In this document: piece after piece, positions 19,459 to 30,824 of the stretch | Layout of the letters: every line of letters begins with the position of its first letter | How positions within the stretch are numbered: the first letter of the stretch is position 1 | Source of the DNA: Bdellovibrionota bacterium | Lineage (GTDB): Bacteria > Bdellovibrionota > UBA1018 > CAUJDS01 | NCBI GenBank assembly: GCA_963169695.1 | Contig: CAUJDS010000060.1 | Span: forward strand, 64,780-128,779 | Length of the DNA: 64,000 nt | Direction of reading: 5' to 3' | Position numbers and translations under genes: made by a program | Notes under the pieces: generated by a model | What the model was told of the DNA's origin: nothing | Databases searched by the model: none | What the model saw: only the letters and a program-made list of their open reading frames with translations

Positions 19459-20211
19459 TCAATTCTCAAAAGCGTCATTCAAACTCGGATAAGCTGAAAG
19501 CAAGGTCCGTTTCATTGCTCGTAGGGCAGGCGCGTCTTGTAACGCAAGAGCAGTCTCCGATTCGAGACTCGTGGGCAGACGAAGGTCATTGAGTATAGGA
19601 GTGAGCGTCTGAAATGCAGAAGAGCTGTTCCATAGATTGACGGTCCTATTGTTCAGAATCTTCTGGCTGTTTAGCACCCGAATCAAAAGGCCAAGGACAT
19701 GGACAGTTCGTAGTTGGGGCATGGGCCCAAAAAGGGGCACTATTTGACCATCGTAGGGACTGGGCTTTTGATACTCCTTGGGACCCTTACTCGCTTTGCC
19801 CGTTTTATTCTGGGAGAGGTAGTTCCACCAATCTGACGCATCCTGGAGAGCTAAGAACAAATGCCGAAGCCTATAGGCTTCGCCTTGATTCCAAAATTGG
19901 AGAACTTCTCCTAATGGTTGGTCACTGATCATTTGATTGAGGGCAAAAATTCCATCTAAACTAAGGGAACGAATCATTGCCACCAAGTGCTTTACAGGGA
20001 TTTTTCCCAGTTTTTCATTCCAATTCTCTCTCTGCACGCTCAAGAGCAGTTCAGCGGACCGGGTATCCACAAATCCTCTAGCGCAGAGGCGCTCCAGTCC
20101 CTTGGGAAGCTCTCGATTCGTTGCATCGCTTGGATGAATGGAAAAAATTCCAAGTATAATAGGCAACGCACTAAGTGTAAGAAATCGGCGAAGTTTCATG
20201 GTTGAATTCAT
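19459..20211 (-). CDS. Hypothetical secreted protein
   Basis: N-terminal signal-like segment LTLSALPIILGIFSIHPSDA. 250 aa. Confidence 0.5.
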   Translation of the reverse strand: MNSTMKLRRFLTLSALPIILGIFSIHPSDATNRELPKGLERLCARGFVDTRSAELLLSVQRENWNEKLGKIPVKHLVAMIRSLSLDGIFALNQMISDQPLGEVLQFWNQGEAYRLRHLFLALQDASDWWNYLSQNKTGKASKGPKEYQKPSPYDGQIVPLFGPMPQLRTVHVLGLLIRVLNSQKILNNRTVNLWNSSSAFQTLTPILNDLRLPTSLESETALALQDAPALRAMKRTLLSAYPSLNDAFEN

Positions 20212-20290
20212 TGCCTTGGTTCACGCTCATTTGCAAATAGAACTAAGCGAAAAAAGGAAGCTGTTTGGATTTAAACTTCCCGAGGCTTGC

Positions 20291-21670
20291 CTAGTAAGGC
20301 GTTTTGTTTTTGGTTCCCTTGCCGACTTCGGAAGGAAAGGAGCCAAGCTTCTCAAAGAACTTCTGCACATCTTTTCCGGTTTTTTTGAGTTTGTTCTCGA
20401 CCCGGTTTGGAAGCTTTTGCCCTGTTTCAATGAAATGCTCAGTACCGGGATCCTTCCAGTCTGCAACCAGGGGACGAGGAAGTCCGTCGTCATTTATGCG
20501 CAGTGGCTGTGGAAGAAGTCCTTGCCGTTCGATGGGTTGTCCGGGGGGAATAAATTCTAGGATCTTGAGTACTTTGCCAATATCGACGCCGACCGTAAAA
20601 ATATGATTTTTGAAATCCGAGGCAAAATCGGTAGTCCATCCCAAATCCAATAGCCAAGGCTTGGCGTGAAGTCCCATCGTAAAATGCGATCGGTCAGGAG
20701 AGCTGGCAACTCGAGAGACCTCGTAGTAGGTGCCCAAGGTTAGGTCGGAGCGAAGATTTTCGAAGTCGAGCCAGCGGTAGCTAGCCCCCAGTCGTGGTTG
20801 TAGTGTGATGTGAGAAGTGAGTGTCGCGTTTTCGTCTTTGAGCAATGCCACGCCTGGACTTGGTCCGATGAAGTAGAGGCTAACTCCGAGTTGAAAGTTG
20901 CGATTGGGAATCCAGCCTGTGCCGATACCTAGCCTCCAAGGAGTTTGCGCGGGTTGAAGAAAAGAAGAAATCCCCGCGGTGCTGAGTGATTGGTCTGTCG
21001 TAGCAGTAAACGGAAAATGATAGCTCATTCCTACCAGCCATCGGCGAGGAAGTTGGACCGTTGCTCCTAGGCTCATGCTCCATGTGGTGTAAGTCAGATT
21101 GTAGGATTGAAAAGTGGCGGGGAGGGTAAGCGATTCGACCGTTCGAGCGTGGAGAAGGCTCACCCCTAATGAGAGTCGGTTCTTCATTAAAACCCGCGCT
21201 GCAGAAAAACGATACTCAATGGATTCGACCTTGGGTTGGACTTCGGTTCCGTCGGCAAGGAGGTAAGTTTGGCTTTCGATGAGTGGTGTCCAAGAAGCAT
21301 AGCCAAATCCCCACGGATAGGTCGTAAGGGCTGCTGTAAAATCCGTGAACTCCACCGAACTTCTAGAAGGTTGAAGGGCTCGGTCCCGCACTAAGTTTCG
21401 ACTGAATTCAATTCCGTCATCATCCATCGCCATCGCAAGTCCCGCAGGATTATCGATGGCAGAAAGTTTGGTATCACCAAGTCCCACAAGTGCTCCACCC
21501 ATCCCAACCATGCGGCGGTCACCTTTCACGGTGGAGGTCCATCCGGGATAAGCCTTGGTGCGTTGTGTGTAGGGAAGGGTGTCTTGCGCGAGGGAAACGT
21601 GCCCGATGGCAATTGTTAGAAGGGTGAGACCCGCTATTTTATAGTGGTTGTCGCTATTCAATATTTTCAT
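20291..21670 (-). CDS. Hypothetical outer-membrane beta-barrel-like protein
   Basis: Signal peptide (IAGLTLLTIAIGHVSLAQ), then alternating hydrophobic beta-strand-like pattern rich in Y/W/G. Start codon uncertain: ATG 21670 or TTG 21703. Confidence 0.45.
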   Translation of the reverse strand: MKILNSDNHYKIAGLTLLTIAIGHVSLAQDTLPYTQRTKAYPGWTSTVKGDRRMVGMGGALVGLGDTKLSAIDNPAGLAMAMDDDGIEFSRNLVRDRALQPSRSSVEFTDFTAALTTYPWGFGYASWTPLIESQTYLLADGTEVQPKVESIEYRFSAARVLMKNRLSLGVSLLHARTVESLTLPATFQSYNLTYTTWSMSLGATVQLPRRWLVGMSYHFPFTATTDQSLSTAGISSFLQPAQTPWRLGIGTGWIPNRNFQLGVSLYFIGPSPGVALLKDENATLTSHITLQPRLGASYRWLDFENLRSDLTLGTYYEVSRVASSPDRSHFTMGLHAKPWLLDLGWTTDFASDFKNHIFTVGVDIGKVLKILEFIPPGQPIERQGLLPQPLRINDDGLPRPLVADWKDPGTEHFIETGQKLPNRVENKLKKTGKDVQKFFEKLGSFPSEVGKGTKNKTPY

Positions 21671-21962
21671 CAGTCTAGGATGATTTGGCCGAATCAGTTT
21701 CAACCGTGACGGTAAGTTTTAAGCTGCATGCCATTGTTTTCGGAATGGTTGTGAAACGCTTCATGCCATCCATGATTGGTGAGCTTAGTAGCGAGGTCAA
21801 GACAATCCTAGTCCGCGTTGTCATGGGCTGAACGCATGATTTAATTTTTTATTCAAAGCAATAACGCAAAGTATCAATGTGCGAATAGGGAGGTATTTTG
21901 AAAGCGCATAGTTTAAGGTAGTTCCATAGCGAATGTTTTATTCATAACGCGGGAGAAGATTC

Positions 21963-23276
21963 ATGACGCGGCCTGCACTCAGCGTACCCAAAGACGGCGA
22001 AAAAATTTCAATTCAAAATGGCAAACTTCACGTGCCAAAAAAACCGATCATACCTTTTATAGAGGGGGATGGGACAGGGCGTGATATTTGGCGCGCTTCT
22101 CAGCGAGTACTCGATGCTGCGGTTGAGAAGGCCTATCGCGGAGAGCGCAAAATTGCTTGGATGGAAGTTTTTGCGGGTGAGAAGGCGTTCAAGCAATTCA
22201 ATGACTGGCTGCCGGAAGAGACCTTGCAAGCTTTCAAGGATTATTTGGTTTCGATCAAAGGTCCGCTCACGACGCCAATTGGTGGCGGAATTCGATCCCT
22301 CAATGTGACGATCAGGCAGGACTTGGATCTTTACGTCTGTCTGCGTCCCGTGCGTTGGTTTAAGGGCGTGCCCTCGCCCGTCAAAGATCCTTCACAAGTC
22401 GAGATGGTGATTTTTCGGGAAAATACGGAAGATATTTATGCCGGAATTGAATTTGAAGAGGGAAGCGCCGATGTTGAGAAGGTCAAAGCCTTCTTGAAGG
22501 AACAGTTTCCGAAGGCGTATAAGAAAATTCGATTTCCTGACAGTGTCGCGATCGGCATCAAGCCCGTTTCTCGCGAAGGAACGGAGCGATTGGTTCGTGC
22601 GGCGCTTGACTACACCATTGCAAACAAGCGCAACTCACTGACTCTTGTTCACAAAGGGAATATTATGAAATTCACCGAAGGTGGATTTCGTACGTGGGGC
22701 TATCAAGTGGCAGAGCGCGAATACGGCAGTAAAGTCTACACCTGGGAGCGTTGGGAAAAGACCAAGAAGGAAAAGGGCGAAGAAGCGGCGAATGCAGAAC
22801 AGAAGGCCGCGCTCGAGTCTGGCAAGATCCTAGTCAAGGATTCCATTGCGGATATTGCGCTTCAGCAGGTCTTGACTCGACCAAAGGACTTTGACGTCAT
22901 TGCAACGTTGAACCTCAATGGCGATTACCTCTCGGATGCGCTCGCGGCGCAAGTTGGGGGAATTGGAATCGCACCGGGCGGCAATATCAATTACCTCACT
23001 GGGCACGCAGTTTTTGAAGCAACTCACGGTACCGCTCCAAAATATGCAGACCAAGATAAGGTCAATCCGGGTTCGGTGATTTTGTCAGGTGAGATGATGT
23101 TTCGGCACCTAGGATGGAATGAAGCTGCAGACTTGATCATCAAGGGTCTTGATGGCGCGATTGCGGCGAAGACGGTGACCTACGACTTTGCAAGATTAAT
23201 GAAGCAAGATGGTGTGAGCGTAACAGAACTCAAGTGTTCTGAGTTCGGCGATGCCATCATCAAGAAAATGAATTAA
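21963..23276 (+). CDS. icd: Isocitrate dehydrogenase (NADP), E. coli type
   Basis: 437 aa. [23 protein letters not shown] active-site region. Confidence 0.9.
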   Translation: MTRPALSVPKDGEKISIQNGKLHVPKKPIIPFIEGDGTGRDIWRASQRVLDAAVEKAYRGERKIAWMEVFAGEKAFKQFNDWLPEETLQAFKDYLVSIKGPLTTPIGGGIRSLNVTIRQDLDLYVCLRPVRWFKGVPSPVKDPSQVEMVIFRENTEDIYAGIEFEEGSADVEKVKAFLKEQFPKAYKKIRFPDSVAIGIKPVSREGTERLVRAALDYTIANKRNSLTLVHKGNIMKFTEGGFRTWGYQVAEREYGSKVYTWERWEKTKKEKGEEAANAEQKAALESGKILVKDSIADIALQQVLTRPKDFDVIATLNLNGDYLSDALAAQVGGIGIAPGGNINYLTGHAVFEATHGTAPKYADQDKVNPGSVILSGEMMFRHLGWNEAADLIIKGLDGAIAAKTVTYDFARLMKQDGVSVTELKCSEFGDAIIKKMN

Positions 23277-23296
23277 CGAGAAATAAGGAGCAAAAA

Positions 23297-24241
23297 ATGG
23301 CGATTCGTCGTGCAAAAATTTCGGTAATTGGAGCAGGTTTTGTGGGTTCGACGGCAGCGCATTGGGCTGCCACCAAGGAATTAGGCGATGTGGTCTTGAT
23401 TGATATCAATGACGGAACAGCCAAGGGCAAAGCTTTAGACCTTTTTGAAGCATCACCGGTTGAAGGTTTTGACTCCACCGTGGTGGGAGGAAGCGACTAT
23501 GCGCTGACGGCCAACTCCGATGTCGTGATCCTTACGGCTGGACTTCCGCGCAAGCCTGGAATGAGCCGAGATGACCTTCTCGCCAAGAACGCCGCAATCG
23601 TCAAAGAGTGTTCCATGCAAGTTGCGAAGCATTCACCTAATTGTGTTTTGATTGTCGTGAGTAATCCACTCGATGCCATGTGCCACGTTGCACAAGATGC
23701 GACTGGGTTTCCTCGAGAGCGCGTTCTAGGAATGGCAGGCGTATTGGATGGTGCGCGGTTTCGTTCGTTTATCGCAATGGAAACCGGAACGAGCGTTGAA
23801 GATATTCAGGCCTTCGTCTTTGGAGGCCACGGCGATACGATGGTGCCTATGCCCCGCTATGTAACGGTAGGCGGAATTCCGTTGGAGCAAATGGTTGCAA
23901 AGGATCGTGTTCAGGCATTAGTCGATCGCACTCGCAAGGGTGGCGGTGAAATTGTAGAGCTTCTCAAGACCGGATCGGCCTATTACGCGCCTTCCTCCAG
24001 CGCAGTCCAAATGGCGGAAGCCATTGTTCGCGACAAGAAGCGCATTCTTCCCATGGCGATTCGTCTCGAAGGTGAGTACGGCGTCAAGGGCTTGTTCTGT
24101 GGAGTGCTAGGCAAGCTTGGAGCCAAGGGATTGGAAAGCATTCCAATGCTTGAGCTGAATGCGGATGAAAAAGCAATGTTCCAAAAATCGGCGGATTCCG
24201 TCAAGGAATTGGTCGAAGCCCTCAAGAAGCTGACTTACTAA
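23297..24241 (+). CDS. mdh: Malate dehydrogenase (LDH-like type)
   Basis: [14 protein letters not shown]-terminal Rossmann motif. 314 aa. AAGGAG Shine-Dalgarno. Confidence 0.9.
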   Translation: MAIRRAKISVIGAGFVGSTAAHWAATKELGDVVLIDINDGTAKGKALDLFEASPVEGFDSTVVGGSDYALTANSDVVILTAGLPRKPGMSRDDLLAKNAAIVKECSMQVAKHSPNCVLIVVSNPLDAMCHVAQDATGFPRERVLGMAGVLDGARFRSFIAMETGTSVEDIQAFVFGGHGDTMVPMPRYVTVGGIPLEQMVAKDRVQALVDRTRKGGGEIVELLKTGSAYYAPSSSAVQMAEAIVRDKKRILPMAIRLEGEYGVKGLFCGVLGKLGAKGLESIPMLELNADEKAMFQKSADSVKELVEALKKLTY

Positions 24242-24257
24242 TAAAGGAAGTGCCGCA

Positions 24258-25445
24258 ATGAATATTCATGAGCATCAGGCCAAATCCCTCTTAAAGAAAT
24301 ATGGCGTGTCCGTGCCCGAAGGGCGAGTCGTCGATGAAAAAGACGGCGATGTTGCGGCCAAAGCAGTAGTCGCAGCACAGGAGATTCAAAAATCCACGGG
24401 ATGTTCTATTTGGGTAGTCAAAGCTCAGATCCATGCCGGCGGACGAGGGAAAGCGGGCGGAGTCAAAGTCTGTAAGACCTTGGACGACGTCAAAGCAGCT
24501 GCCAAGGAAATCATGGGTAAGAAACTCGTGACGCCTCAGACGGGTGCTCAGGGTAAAATAGTGCATCGCCTTTGGATCGAACAAGGTTCTTCGATCGAAA
24601 AAGAATTCTATTTTGGTGTGGTCATTGACCGTGCGCTTTCGCAAGTAATGATGATTGCTTCGACCGAGGGCGGAATGGAAATAGAGGAAGTAGCTCATAA
24701 ACATCCGGAAAAAATCGTAAAAGTTCCGATTGATGTCACGTTAGGTTATATGCCGTTTCATGGCCGTAAAATTGCCAAGGCCCTTAAGCTAAATGCGGAC
24801 CAAACCAAAGATGCCGTAAAATTATTTGGTGCGTTTTATCAGACGTTTATGGATACGGATGCTTCTCAGGTCGAAATCAATCCCTTGATTCTCACCAAGG
24901 AAGGGAAGCTCTCCGCCCTTGATGCAAAAATGAATTTTGATGACAACGCACTCTATAGGCACCCCGAAATTGTAGAAATGCGCGACTTGCGTGAAGAAAA
25001 TGCGCAAGATGTCGAAGCCTCCAAGTATGAGTTGGCCTATATTGCCCTGGATGGAAACATCGGGTGCTTGGTCAATGGCGCAGGACTTGCGATGGCGACC
25101 ATGGACATTATCAAGTTGGAAGGCGGTGAGCCCGCCAATTTCTTGGATGTCGGTGGCGGGGCCAATAAGGAAAAGGTTACTGCGGCGTTTAAGATCATTT
25201 TGCAAGACACCAAGGTCAAAGCCATTTTGGTTAATATCTTTGGTGGAATCATGAAGTGTGACGTGATTGCTGAGGGAGTGATAGCGGCAGCACGTGAATT
25301 GGAATTGAAGGTGCCACTGGTCGTACGATTGGAAGGCACCAACGTGGCTCGCGGAAAAGAGCTGCTTTCTCAGTCAGGGCTTCAGATTACGCCAGCGGAT
25401 GATTTGGGAGATGCGGCTCGCAAAGTAGTTGCGTCCCTGAAGTAA
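24258..25445 (+). CDS. sucC: Succinyl-CoA synthetase beta subunit
   Basis: [17 protein letters not shown] start. 395 aa. Confidence 0.9.
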   Translation: MNIHEHQAKSLLKKYGVSVPEGRVVDEKDGDVAAKAVVAAQEIQKSTGCSIWVVKAQIHAGGRGKAGGVKVCKTLDDVKAAAKEIMGKKLVTPQTGAQGKIVHRLWIEQGSSIEKEFYFGVVIDRALSQVMMIASTEGGMEIEEVAHKHPEKIVKVPIDVTLGYMPFHGRKIAKALKLNADQTKDAVKLFGAFYQTFMDTDASQVEINPLILTKEGKLSALDAKMNFDDNALYRHPEIVEMRDLREENAQDVEASKYELAYIALDGNIGCLVNGAGLAMATMDIIKLEGGEPANFLDVGGGANKEKVTAAFKIILQDTKVKAILVNIFGGIMKCDVIAEGVIAAARELELKVPLVVRLEGTNVARGKELLSQSGLQITPADDLGDAARKVVASLK

Positions 25446-25466
25446 GAATCGAAAGAGGAAAAGACA

Positions 25467-26339
25467 ATGGCCATTTGGGTAGATAAGAACACGCGTTTGT
25501 TGGTTCAAGGGATTACCGGAGCTCAGGGTACCTTCCATGCCAAGGGATGTAAGGAATACGGTACTCAGGTTGTGGGTGGAGTCACTCCAGGAAAAGGTGG
25601 GACTCAACATGAAGGATTTCCGGTTTTTGACACCGTTGCGGAAGCCGTGGAAAAAACCAAAGCCAACGCGACGATGATTTTTGTGCCACCTGCAGGAGCA
25701 GCGGATGCCATCTGTGAAGCGGTGGACGCCGAGTTACCTGTTGTTGTCTGCATTACTGAAGGAATTCCAGTGCGGGATATGCTTCGTGTGAAGAAGTATA
25801 TCTCTGGCAAGTCCTCACGTGTGATTGGCCCTAACTGCCCAGGCATCATAACGCCAGGACAGTGCAAGATCGGGATTATGCCTGGTCAGATTCATAAAGT
25901 GGGCAAAATCGGTGTGGTCTCTCGATCGGGCACACTCACTTATGAAGCTGTCTTTCAGCTCACGCAATTGGGAATTGGGCAAAGCACTTGCGTTGGCATT
26001 GGTGGCGACCCACTCAATGGAACCAACTTTATTGACGTGCTAGAAGCCTTCAATCGAGATGCGGACACTCAGGGTGTGATCATGATTGGTGAAATCGGCG
26101 GAACGGCGGAAGAAGAAGCGGCGGACTATATCAAACGAGAGATGAAGAAAGTCCCAGTCGCTGGATTTATTGGCGGCGCAACCGCTCCTCCCGGAAAGCG
26201 CATGGGTCACGCCGGTGCAATTATTTCCGGTGGAAAAGGCACCGCGGCAGAGAAGGTAGCGGCTTTGGAAGCAGCAGGAGTCAAAGTTTCCCGAAGTCCT
26301 GCTGAAATTGGCGCAACCCTTAAATCCCTATTGAAGTAG
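25467..26339 (+). CDS. sucD: Succinyl-CoA synthetase alpha subunit
   Basis: [29 protein letters not shown] and active-site His region MGHAGAII. Confidence 0.9.
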   Translation: MAIWVDKNTRLLVQGITGAQGTFHAKGCKEYGTQVVGGVTPGKGGTQHEGFPVFDTVAEAVEKTKANATMIFVPPAGAADAICEAVDAELPVVVCITEGIPVRDMLRVKKYISGKSSRVIGPNCPGIITPGQCKIGIMPGQIHKVGKIGVVSRSGTLTYEAVFQLTQLGIGQSTCVGIGGDPLNGTNFIDVLEAFNRDADTQGVIMIGEIGGTAEEEAADYIKREMKKVPVAGFIGGATAPPGKRMGHAGAIISGGKGTAAEKVAALEAAGVKVSRSPAEIGATLKSLLK

Positions 26340-26386
26340 GCCAGTTTTAGGCTTATCTATGGGCCTAATTGAGGAGACGAAGAACC

Positions 26387-26815
26387 ATGGCTCTAGAAAC
26401 CACCTTTTCTATTATTAAACCCAACGCAGTTGCTAAGAACGCAGTGGGGGAAATTATTACTCGTTTTGAAAAGCGAGGCCTTCGAGTATCGGCCGCTAAG
26501 TTTACCAAGCTTAGCCGTGAGAAGGCAGAAGGGTTCTATATTGAGCATAAGAGTAAGCCATTCTTTGAGAGTTTGGTTCATTTTATGACCAGCGGACCTG
26601 TACTTTTGATGGCGCTAGAAGGCGAAAACGCTGTTCTTCTCAATCGAGAGATTATGGGTGCGACGAACCCTGAGAAAGCGGCCGAAGGAACGATTCGTAA
26701 GGATTTTGCAGACAGCATTGAAGCCAATGCGGTTCATGGTTCGGACAGTGTAGCTTCCGCGCAACGAGAAATTGCTTATTTCTTCGACAACGCGGAGTTG
26801 TTTAAGCGATTCTAA
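26387..26815 (+). CDS. ndk: Nucleoside diphosphate kinase
   Basis: [10 protein letters not shown] and NAVHGSDS motifs. ATG at 26387 follows a GAGGAG Shine-Dalgarno. The track ORF starts earlier. Confidence 0.9.
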   Translation: MALETTFSIIKPNAVAKNAVGEIITRFEKRGLRVSAAKFTKLSREKAEGFYIEHKSKPFFESLVHFMTSGPVLLMALEGENAVLLNREIMGATNPEKAAEGTIRKDFADSIEANAVHGSDSVASAQREIAYFFDNAELFKRF

Positions 26816-26833
26816 AGCAATAGAGTAGGCTGC

Positions 26834-28474
26834 ATGAAGATTGCGGTCGCACAATTGGCTCCTATTATTGGGGCGTTTGATAAAAATAAAAATTGGATCG
26901 AGGCAGCCTACCTACGCGCAGAAGCAGAAGGTGCCGACCTCCTTCTTACTCCAGAATTGGGTCTTTGTGGTTATTTGCCGCTGGACCTACTTTTACGTCC
27001 AGAGATGATTGCGCGGACTCAGTCTGCGTTGCAGTGGTGCCTCGAGAAGACGCGAGGCAAGCATTGTGCCCTCGTCGTGGGTCATGTTGCCGAGAATCCT
27101 CGAGCCTCTGGTAGGCCACTACTGAATCAAGTCTCTGTTCTGCATGACGGCAAAGTCGTCTTTGAACAAGCAAAGACCTTGTTGCCCACCTATGATGTCT
27201 TTGATGAAGCGAGGTACTTTGAGCCCGCTGAGTCCATTCAGCTGTGGACATTTCAGGGTCAGAAAATCGCGCTCGGAATTTGCGAGGACCTTTGGGCCAA
27301 GGACGCAAGCAATAAGCGTCCGCGCTATTCCCTGCCAGATCCTACGGAGATCTATCAGAAGCTCGGTGCAAAACTCGTATTATCTTGCTCCGCAAGTCCC
27401 TACCATTTTGGAAAATTCCCAATACGTCGCGAGATTCATCAAGAGGTGGCAAAGCGCCTGGCTTGCCCATTGATCTACGTCAATCAGGTGGGTGCCAATG
27501 ACGAAATTCTTTTTGATGGCAGGTCCTTTGCGGTGAATGCCCAAGGAGAGACCCGGTTTCAACTCGAGGCATTCCAGGAAGATTTTGGCATTTGCGAATG
27601 GCACCCAGGGTCTGGATCATTGACAGGGAATCGACTGGTAGAAGGGGTTTCACCCTTGGCCGAATTGGCTGAAGCACTCGTGGTCGGAATTCGGGATTAC
27701 TTTAAACGGTCCGGGTTCAAAAAAGCCCTGCTTGGCCTCAGTGGTGGAATCGATTCAGCCATTGTAGCGACGCTGGCCACGAAGGCCTTGGGAGCTGATA
27801 ACGTCATTGGATTGGCGATGGCATCTCAGGTCTCTTCGGGAGAGAGCTTGGCAGATGCGGAGGCCCTAGCCAAAAACTTACGCATTCAGTTTGAAGTAAA
27901 ACCAATCAAATTTCTTTTCTCAAATTTTAAGCGGGAACTGTCGGAAGGAAGGGATCCTCTTGCTGACTTGGCGCTGGAGAACTTGCAGTCGCGTATTCGC
28001 GGTATGACCCTGATGACTTTGGCCAATCACGAAAATGCACTTGTTCTGTGTACTTCTAATAAATCAGAGATCGCTACGGGTTATGGAACCTTATACGGGG
28101 ATATGATTGGCGCACTTGCCCCGATTGGCGATCTCTTTAAAACTCGTGTCTACGAACTAGCCAACTGGATCAATCAGAATTGGGACCATCCGATTCCGGA
28201 TCGTAGCATTAGCAAGGACCCTACTGCTGAACTCCGCCCTAACCAAAAGGACACGGATTCCTTACCGCCTTATGCGCAATTGGATCCTTTCTTGGAGGAT
28301 TATTTGGAAAAAAATAAAACACAGGCAACCGAGCCCTGGATGAAAGATGTCCTGAATCGAGTTGAGAGAAATGAATACAAACGTCGTCAGTGTCCTATGG
28401 TATTGCGCGTGAGCGGTCGAGCCTTTGGACTTGGGAGGAGAATACCCATTGCGAAAGCCTGGGATGCATACTAA
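26834..28474 (+). CDS. nadE: Glutamine-dependent NAD+ synthetase (nitrilase domain fused to NAD synthetase)
   Basis: N-terminal CN-hydrolase domain (KIAVAQL...LLLTPELGLCGY) and PP-loop LLGLSGGIDSA. 546 aa. Confidence 0.9.
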   Translation: MKIAVAQLAPIIGAFDKNKNWIEAAYLRAEAEGADLLLTPELGLCGYLPLDLLLRPEMIARTQSALQWCLEKTRGKHCALVVGHVAENPRASGRPLLNQVSVLHDGKVVFEQAKTLLPTYDVFDEARYFEPAESIQLWTFQGQKIALGICEDLWAKDASNKRPRYSLPDPTEIYQKLGAKLVLSCSASPYHFGKFPIRREIHQEVAKRLACPLIYVNQVGANDEILFDGRSFAVNAQGETRFQLEAFQEDFGICEWHPGSGSLTGNRLVEGVSPLAELAEALVVGIRDYFKRSGFKKALLGLSGGIDSAIVATLATKALGADNVIGLAMASQVSSGESLADAEALAKNLRIQFEVKPIKFLFSNFKRELSEGRDPLADLALENLQSRIRGMTLMTLANHENALVLCTSNKSEIATGYGTLYGDMIGALAPIGDLFKTRVYELANWINQNWDHPIPDRSISKDPTAELRPNQKDTDSLPPYAQLDPFLEDYLEKNKTQATEPWMKDVLNRVERNEYKRRQCPMVLRVSGRAFGLGRRIPIAKAWDAY

Positions 28475-28502
28475 CCTCTAAGTCTCTCAGGAGGTTCCCT
28501 TC

Positions 28503-28889
28503 ATGACGATTGGTGATGAACTCAAGCGAGTAGTAAATCGAGCAAAAGATCTTCAAAAGAAATATCAAGACCGGCTATTGGATTTTGGTTGGATTGAAGA
28601 CGCGCGGAAAGTTGCTGAGAAGCAAGCGCGCGAAGTAAAAAAACTCGTGAAGGGCGACCTTCATAAAGTAAAATCCTACTTGGAAAAAGAACGCCGTGAG
28701 ATCGAGAAGCTTCAAAAGCGTGTGCCGAGTGAGATTAAGAAAATTCGAAAAGATCTCATGACTCGAAAAAAGGATCTCGAGAAGCTTCTCAAGGCAGCCA
28801 AGGATGCCGCCGTCAAGGAGGCACGTTCTCAGCGCAAAGCTAGAGAAGGAAAAGCGAAGGCTGCAAGTACATCTTCCAGCGCATCTTGA
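28503..28889 (+). CDS. Lys/Glu-rich coiled-coil protein of unknown function
   Basis: 128 aa, highly charged, with KA-rich C-terminus. GGAGG Shine-Dalgarno. Confidence 0.45.
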   Translation: MTIGDELKRVVNRAKDLQKKYQDRLLDFGWIEDARKVAEKQAREVKKLVKGDLHKVKSYLEKERREIEKLQKRVPSEIKKIRKDLMTRKKDLEKLLKAAKDAAVKEARSQRKAREGKAKAASTSSSAS

Positions 28890-28898
28890 TTTGAGGGC

Positions 28899-29963
28899 AT
28901 GCAGTTTCTACTGATTGCAGCGTTGATTTTTTGGAGCGATCCATCTCAGGCTTCGCTGCGAGATTGTCTCTTTGGTGCAATTCAGTCAGACGGATTTGAT
29001 ATTGTAGCCTGGCAGCGCGAGAAGGCAACATCCAGAACCAACGATCAGACTAAGCTCATTGAACTCATTTCTAGAAATACTGAAAAGCGATCACGTGAAG
29101 ATATCGTCAAGACCGTCTCGGCCTATATCAAGGTAGATTTCAATGAGCCCATTTGGATTAGTCGTTGGTCCAAGGAGCCTACTCACAGCAAATACCTTTT
29201 TACCAGTGACAAGGGTTATACAAGCGAAGGCGCCTATGTGGAGGCTTCGGATGCGATGGCAGGCTTCTTTTATGCCTACCAGCGACATCCGAGTTTAGTC
29301 GATAGCTCCCATGGCGCGCTTCATTTTCATGGGTCCAGTGCTTCCTCTCTTTTGACCTTTATGGACGCGACTCCTGATCGTGGAAAAATCTGGGCCTTGA
29401 ATCATCTCAAGAAGGCTAAGGGCCAGGTGCCTTTTGGCGGCGAAGTCCTATTCGGTTGGAGTCAGATGACAGGAGAGTTTGTATCCGTCGTGGACCTTCG
29501 TTTTTTGGATTCGGCTTTATCGTATGCTTACAATGGGTCAAGAAAACCATGGACTCCGCTTGCTTCCTTTCGAAAGCGAGCAGAGGTTGCCTTTCAGCAA
29601 TTGACGACTCGAAAGTTGAGCCGACTAGGAAAGCAGTGGATTGAATCAACTTCAGAAGTAGAAAAAATCCGTTATGCACAGTGGAAGAAGCTATCGAAGG
29701 AAGAGAAGGCACTGGTCAAGCGAGCGTTTCCTGTCGTCTATGGGTTTCGTCTTTCGCCGCATAGACCTGCTATTACTATGGGTCCCATTTATTCTGATAT
29801 TTCGGGAGAAATAGGAGTCTTACGTTCCATCTATCCGGAAGAAATGAGGGTCATCTATGTACCTCATGCCGAAGTGGATTATGTAAGGTCACTTCTTGGA
29901 GACCTGAAAGACAGCATTGCGGTAGAGCCGATTGAGGTATTGGGTTATCCGCGGAAAAATTAG
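28899..29963 (+). CDS. Hypothetical secreted protein
   Basis: N-terminal MQFLLIAALIFWSDPSQA signal-like segment. 354 aa. Confidence 0.5.
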   Translation: MQFLLIAALIFWSDPSQASLRDCLFGAIQSDGFDIVAWQREKATSRTNDQTKLIELISRNTEKRSREDIVKTVSAYIKVDFNEPIWISRWSKEPTHSKYLFTSDKGYTSEGAYVEASDAMAGFFYAYQRHPSLVDSSHGALHFHGSSASSLLTFMDATPDRGKIWALNHLKKAKGQVPFGGEVLFGWSQMTGEFVSVVDLRFLDSALSYAYNGSRKPWTPLASFRKRAEVAFQQLTTRKLSRLGKQWIESTSEVEKIRYAQWKKLSKEEKALVKRAFPVVYGFRLSPHRPAITMGPIYSDISGEIGVLRSIYPEEMRVIYVPHAEVDYVRSLLGDLKDSIAVEPIEVLGYPRKN

Positions 29964-29966
29964 GAA

Positions 29967-30677
29967 TCAGTTTGATGCGGTGGTGATTCGGTATCCTACG
30001 CCACGAACCGTCTCGACCAGGTTGGAGCATTCGCCCATTTTTTTTCTTAGCCAGAAGATATGGTTGTCTACGGCGCGGTCAATGACCTTAACACCAGTGC
30101 CGACCACCATTTCTAAAATCTTTTCTCGCGTTAGGATGCGGCCTTGATTTTCGACGAGAGCGAGAAGGAGTTTAAATTCATAGAGAGTGAGATTCAACTT
30201 CTCAGAACAGCAGATGGCCTCGTGAGTATCGGGTCGTATCGTCAACCCTCCCAAAACAATTTCAGCAACTCGGTTGGCATCGCGAGTACTTTGTGATGCA
30301 TTTCTCCTCATGAGAGCCTTGACGCGCGCAAGGAGAACATTGGAGTCAAAAGGCTTGGTGACGTAATCATCAGCGCCAGCTTCGAGACCCATGACGATCG
30401 ATTCGGCATCGATGCGGGCAGTGACCATAAGAATGGGTGCCCGTTTGCTTCGAGTGTCAGAACGAAGCCATTGCACAAGATCGATTCCATTTCCGTCTGG
30501 CAGCATCCAATCCAATACAAAAAGGTCGTAGTTACTTTTCTCAGCGGCTTCACGCGCGCTTTGAGTGGTTCCAAAGGCATCCGTCTGAAAGCCGAGTTCT
30601 TGTATGAGCCCTGATAGGAGGTCCTGGATATCTGGCTCGTCCTCTAAAATCAGTATTCTTGGCTGTTCTGGAATCAT
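29967..30677 (-). CDS. OmpR/PhoB-family response regulator (orphan; no kinase adjacent)
   Basis: Receiver domain with phospho-acceptor Asp in DLFVLDWMLPDGNG. Winged-helix C-terminus (VRGVGYRI). GGGGG Shine-Dalgarno. Confidence 0.85.
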   Translation of the reverse strand: MIPEQPRILILEDEPDIQDLLSGLIQELGFQTDAFGTTQSAREAAEKSNYDLFVLDWMLPDGNGIDLVQWLRSDTRSKRAPILMVTARIDAESIVMGLEAGADDYVTKPFDSNVLLARVKALMRRNASQSTRDANRVAEIVLGGLTIRPDTHEAICCSEKLNLTLYEFKLLLALVENQGRILTREKILEMVVGTGVKVIDRAVDNHIFWLRKKMGECSNLVETVRGVGYRITTASN

Positions 30678-30824
30678 GAGGCCCCCATCTAAGAATGCGA
30701 TTCCAGCATAAATTTGGCAACGCCAATTTCTTCATTGAAAATAAATGAAATAATAACAAGATTTGACAAAACTTGCGAGATCACTGTTTCTTGGTTAACA
30801 AGCCAAGTACAGAAGGTGGGTCGA

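Noticed and set aside
26340-26372. TAGGCC...GGCCTA hairpin after sucD
   Set aside because: No U-tract. ndk follows 47 nt later on the same strand, so likely read-through rather than a terminator.
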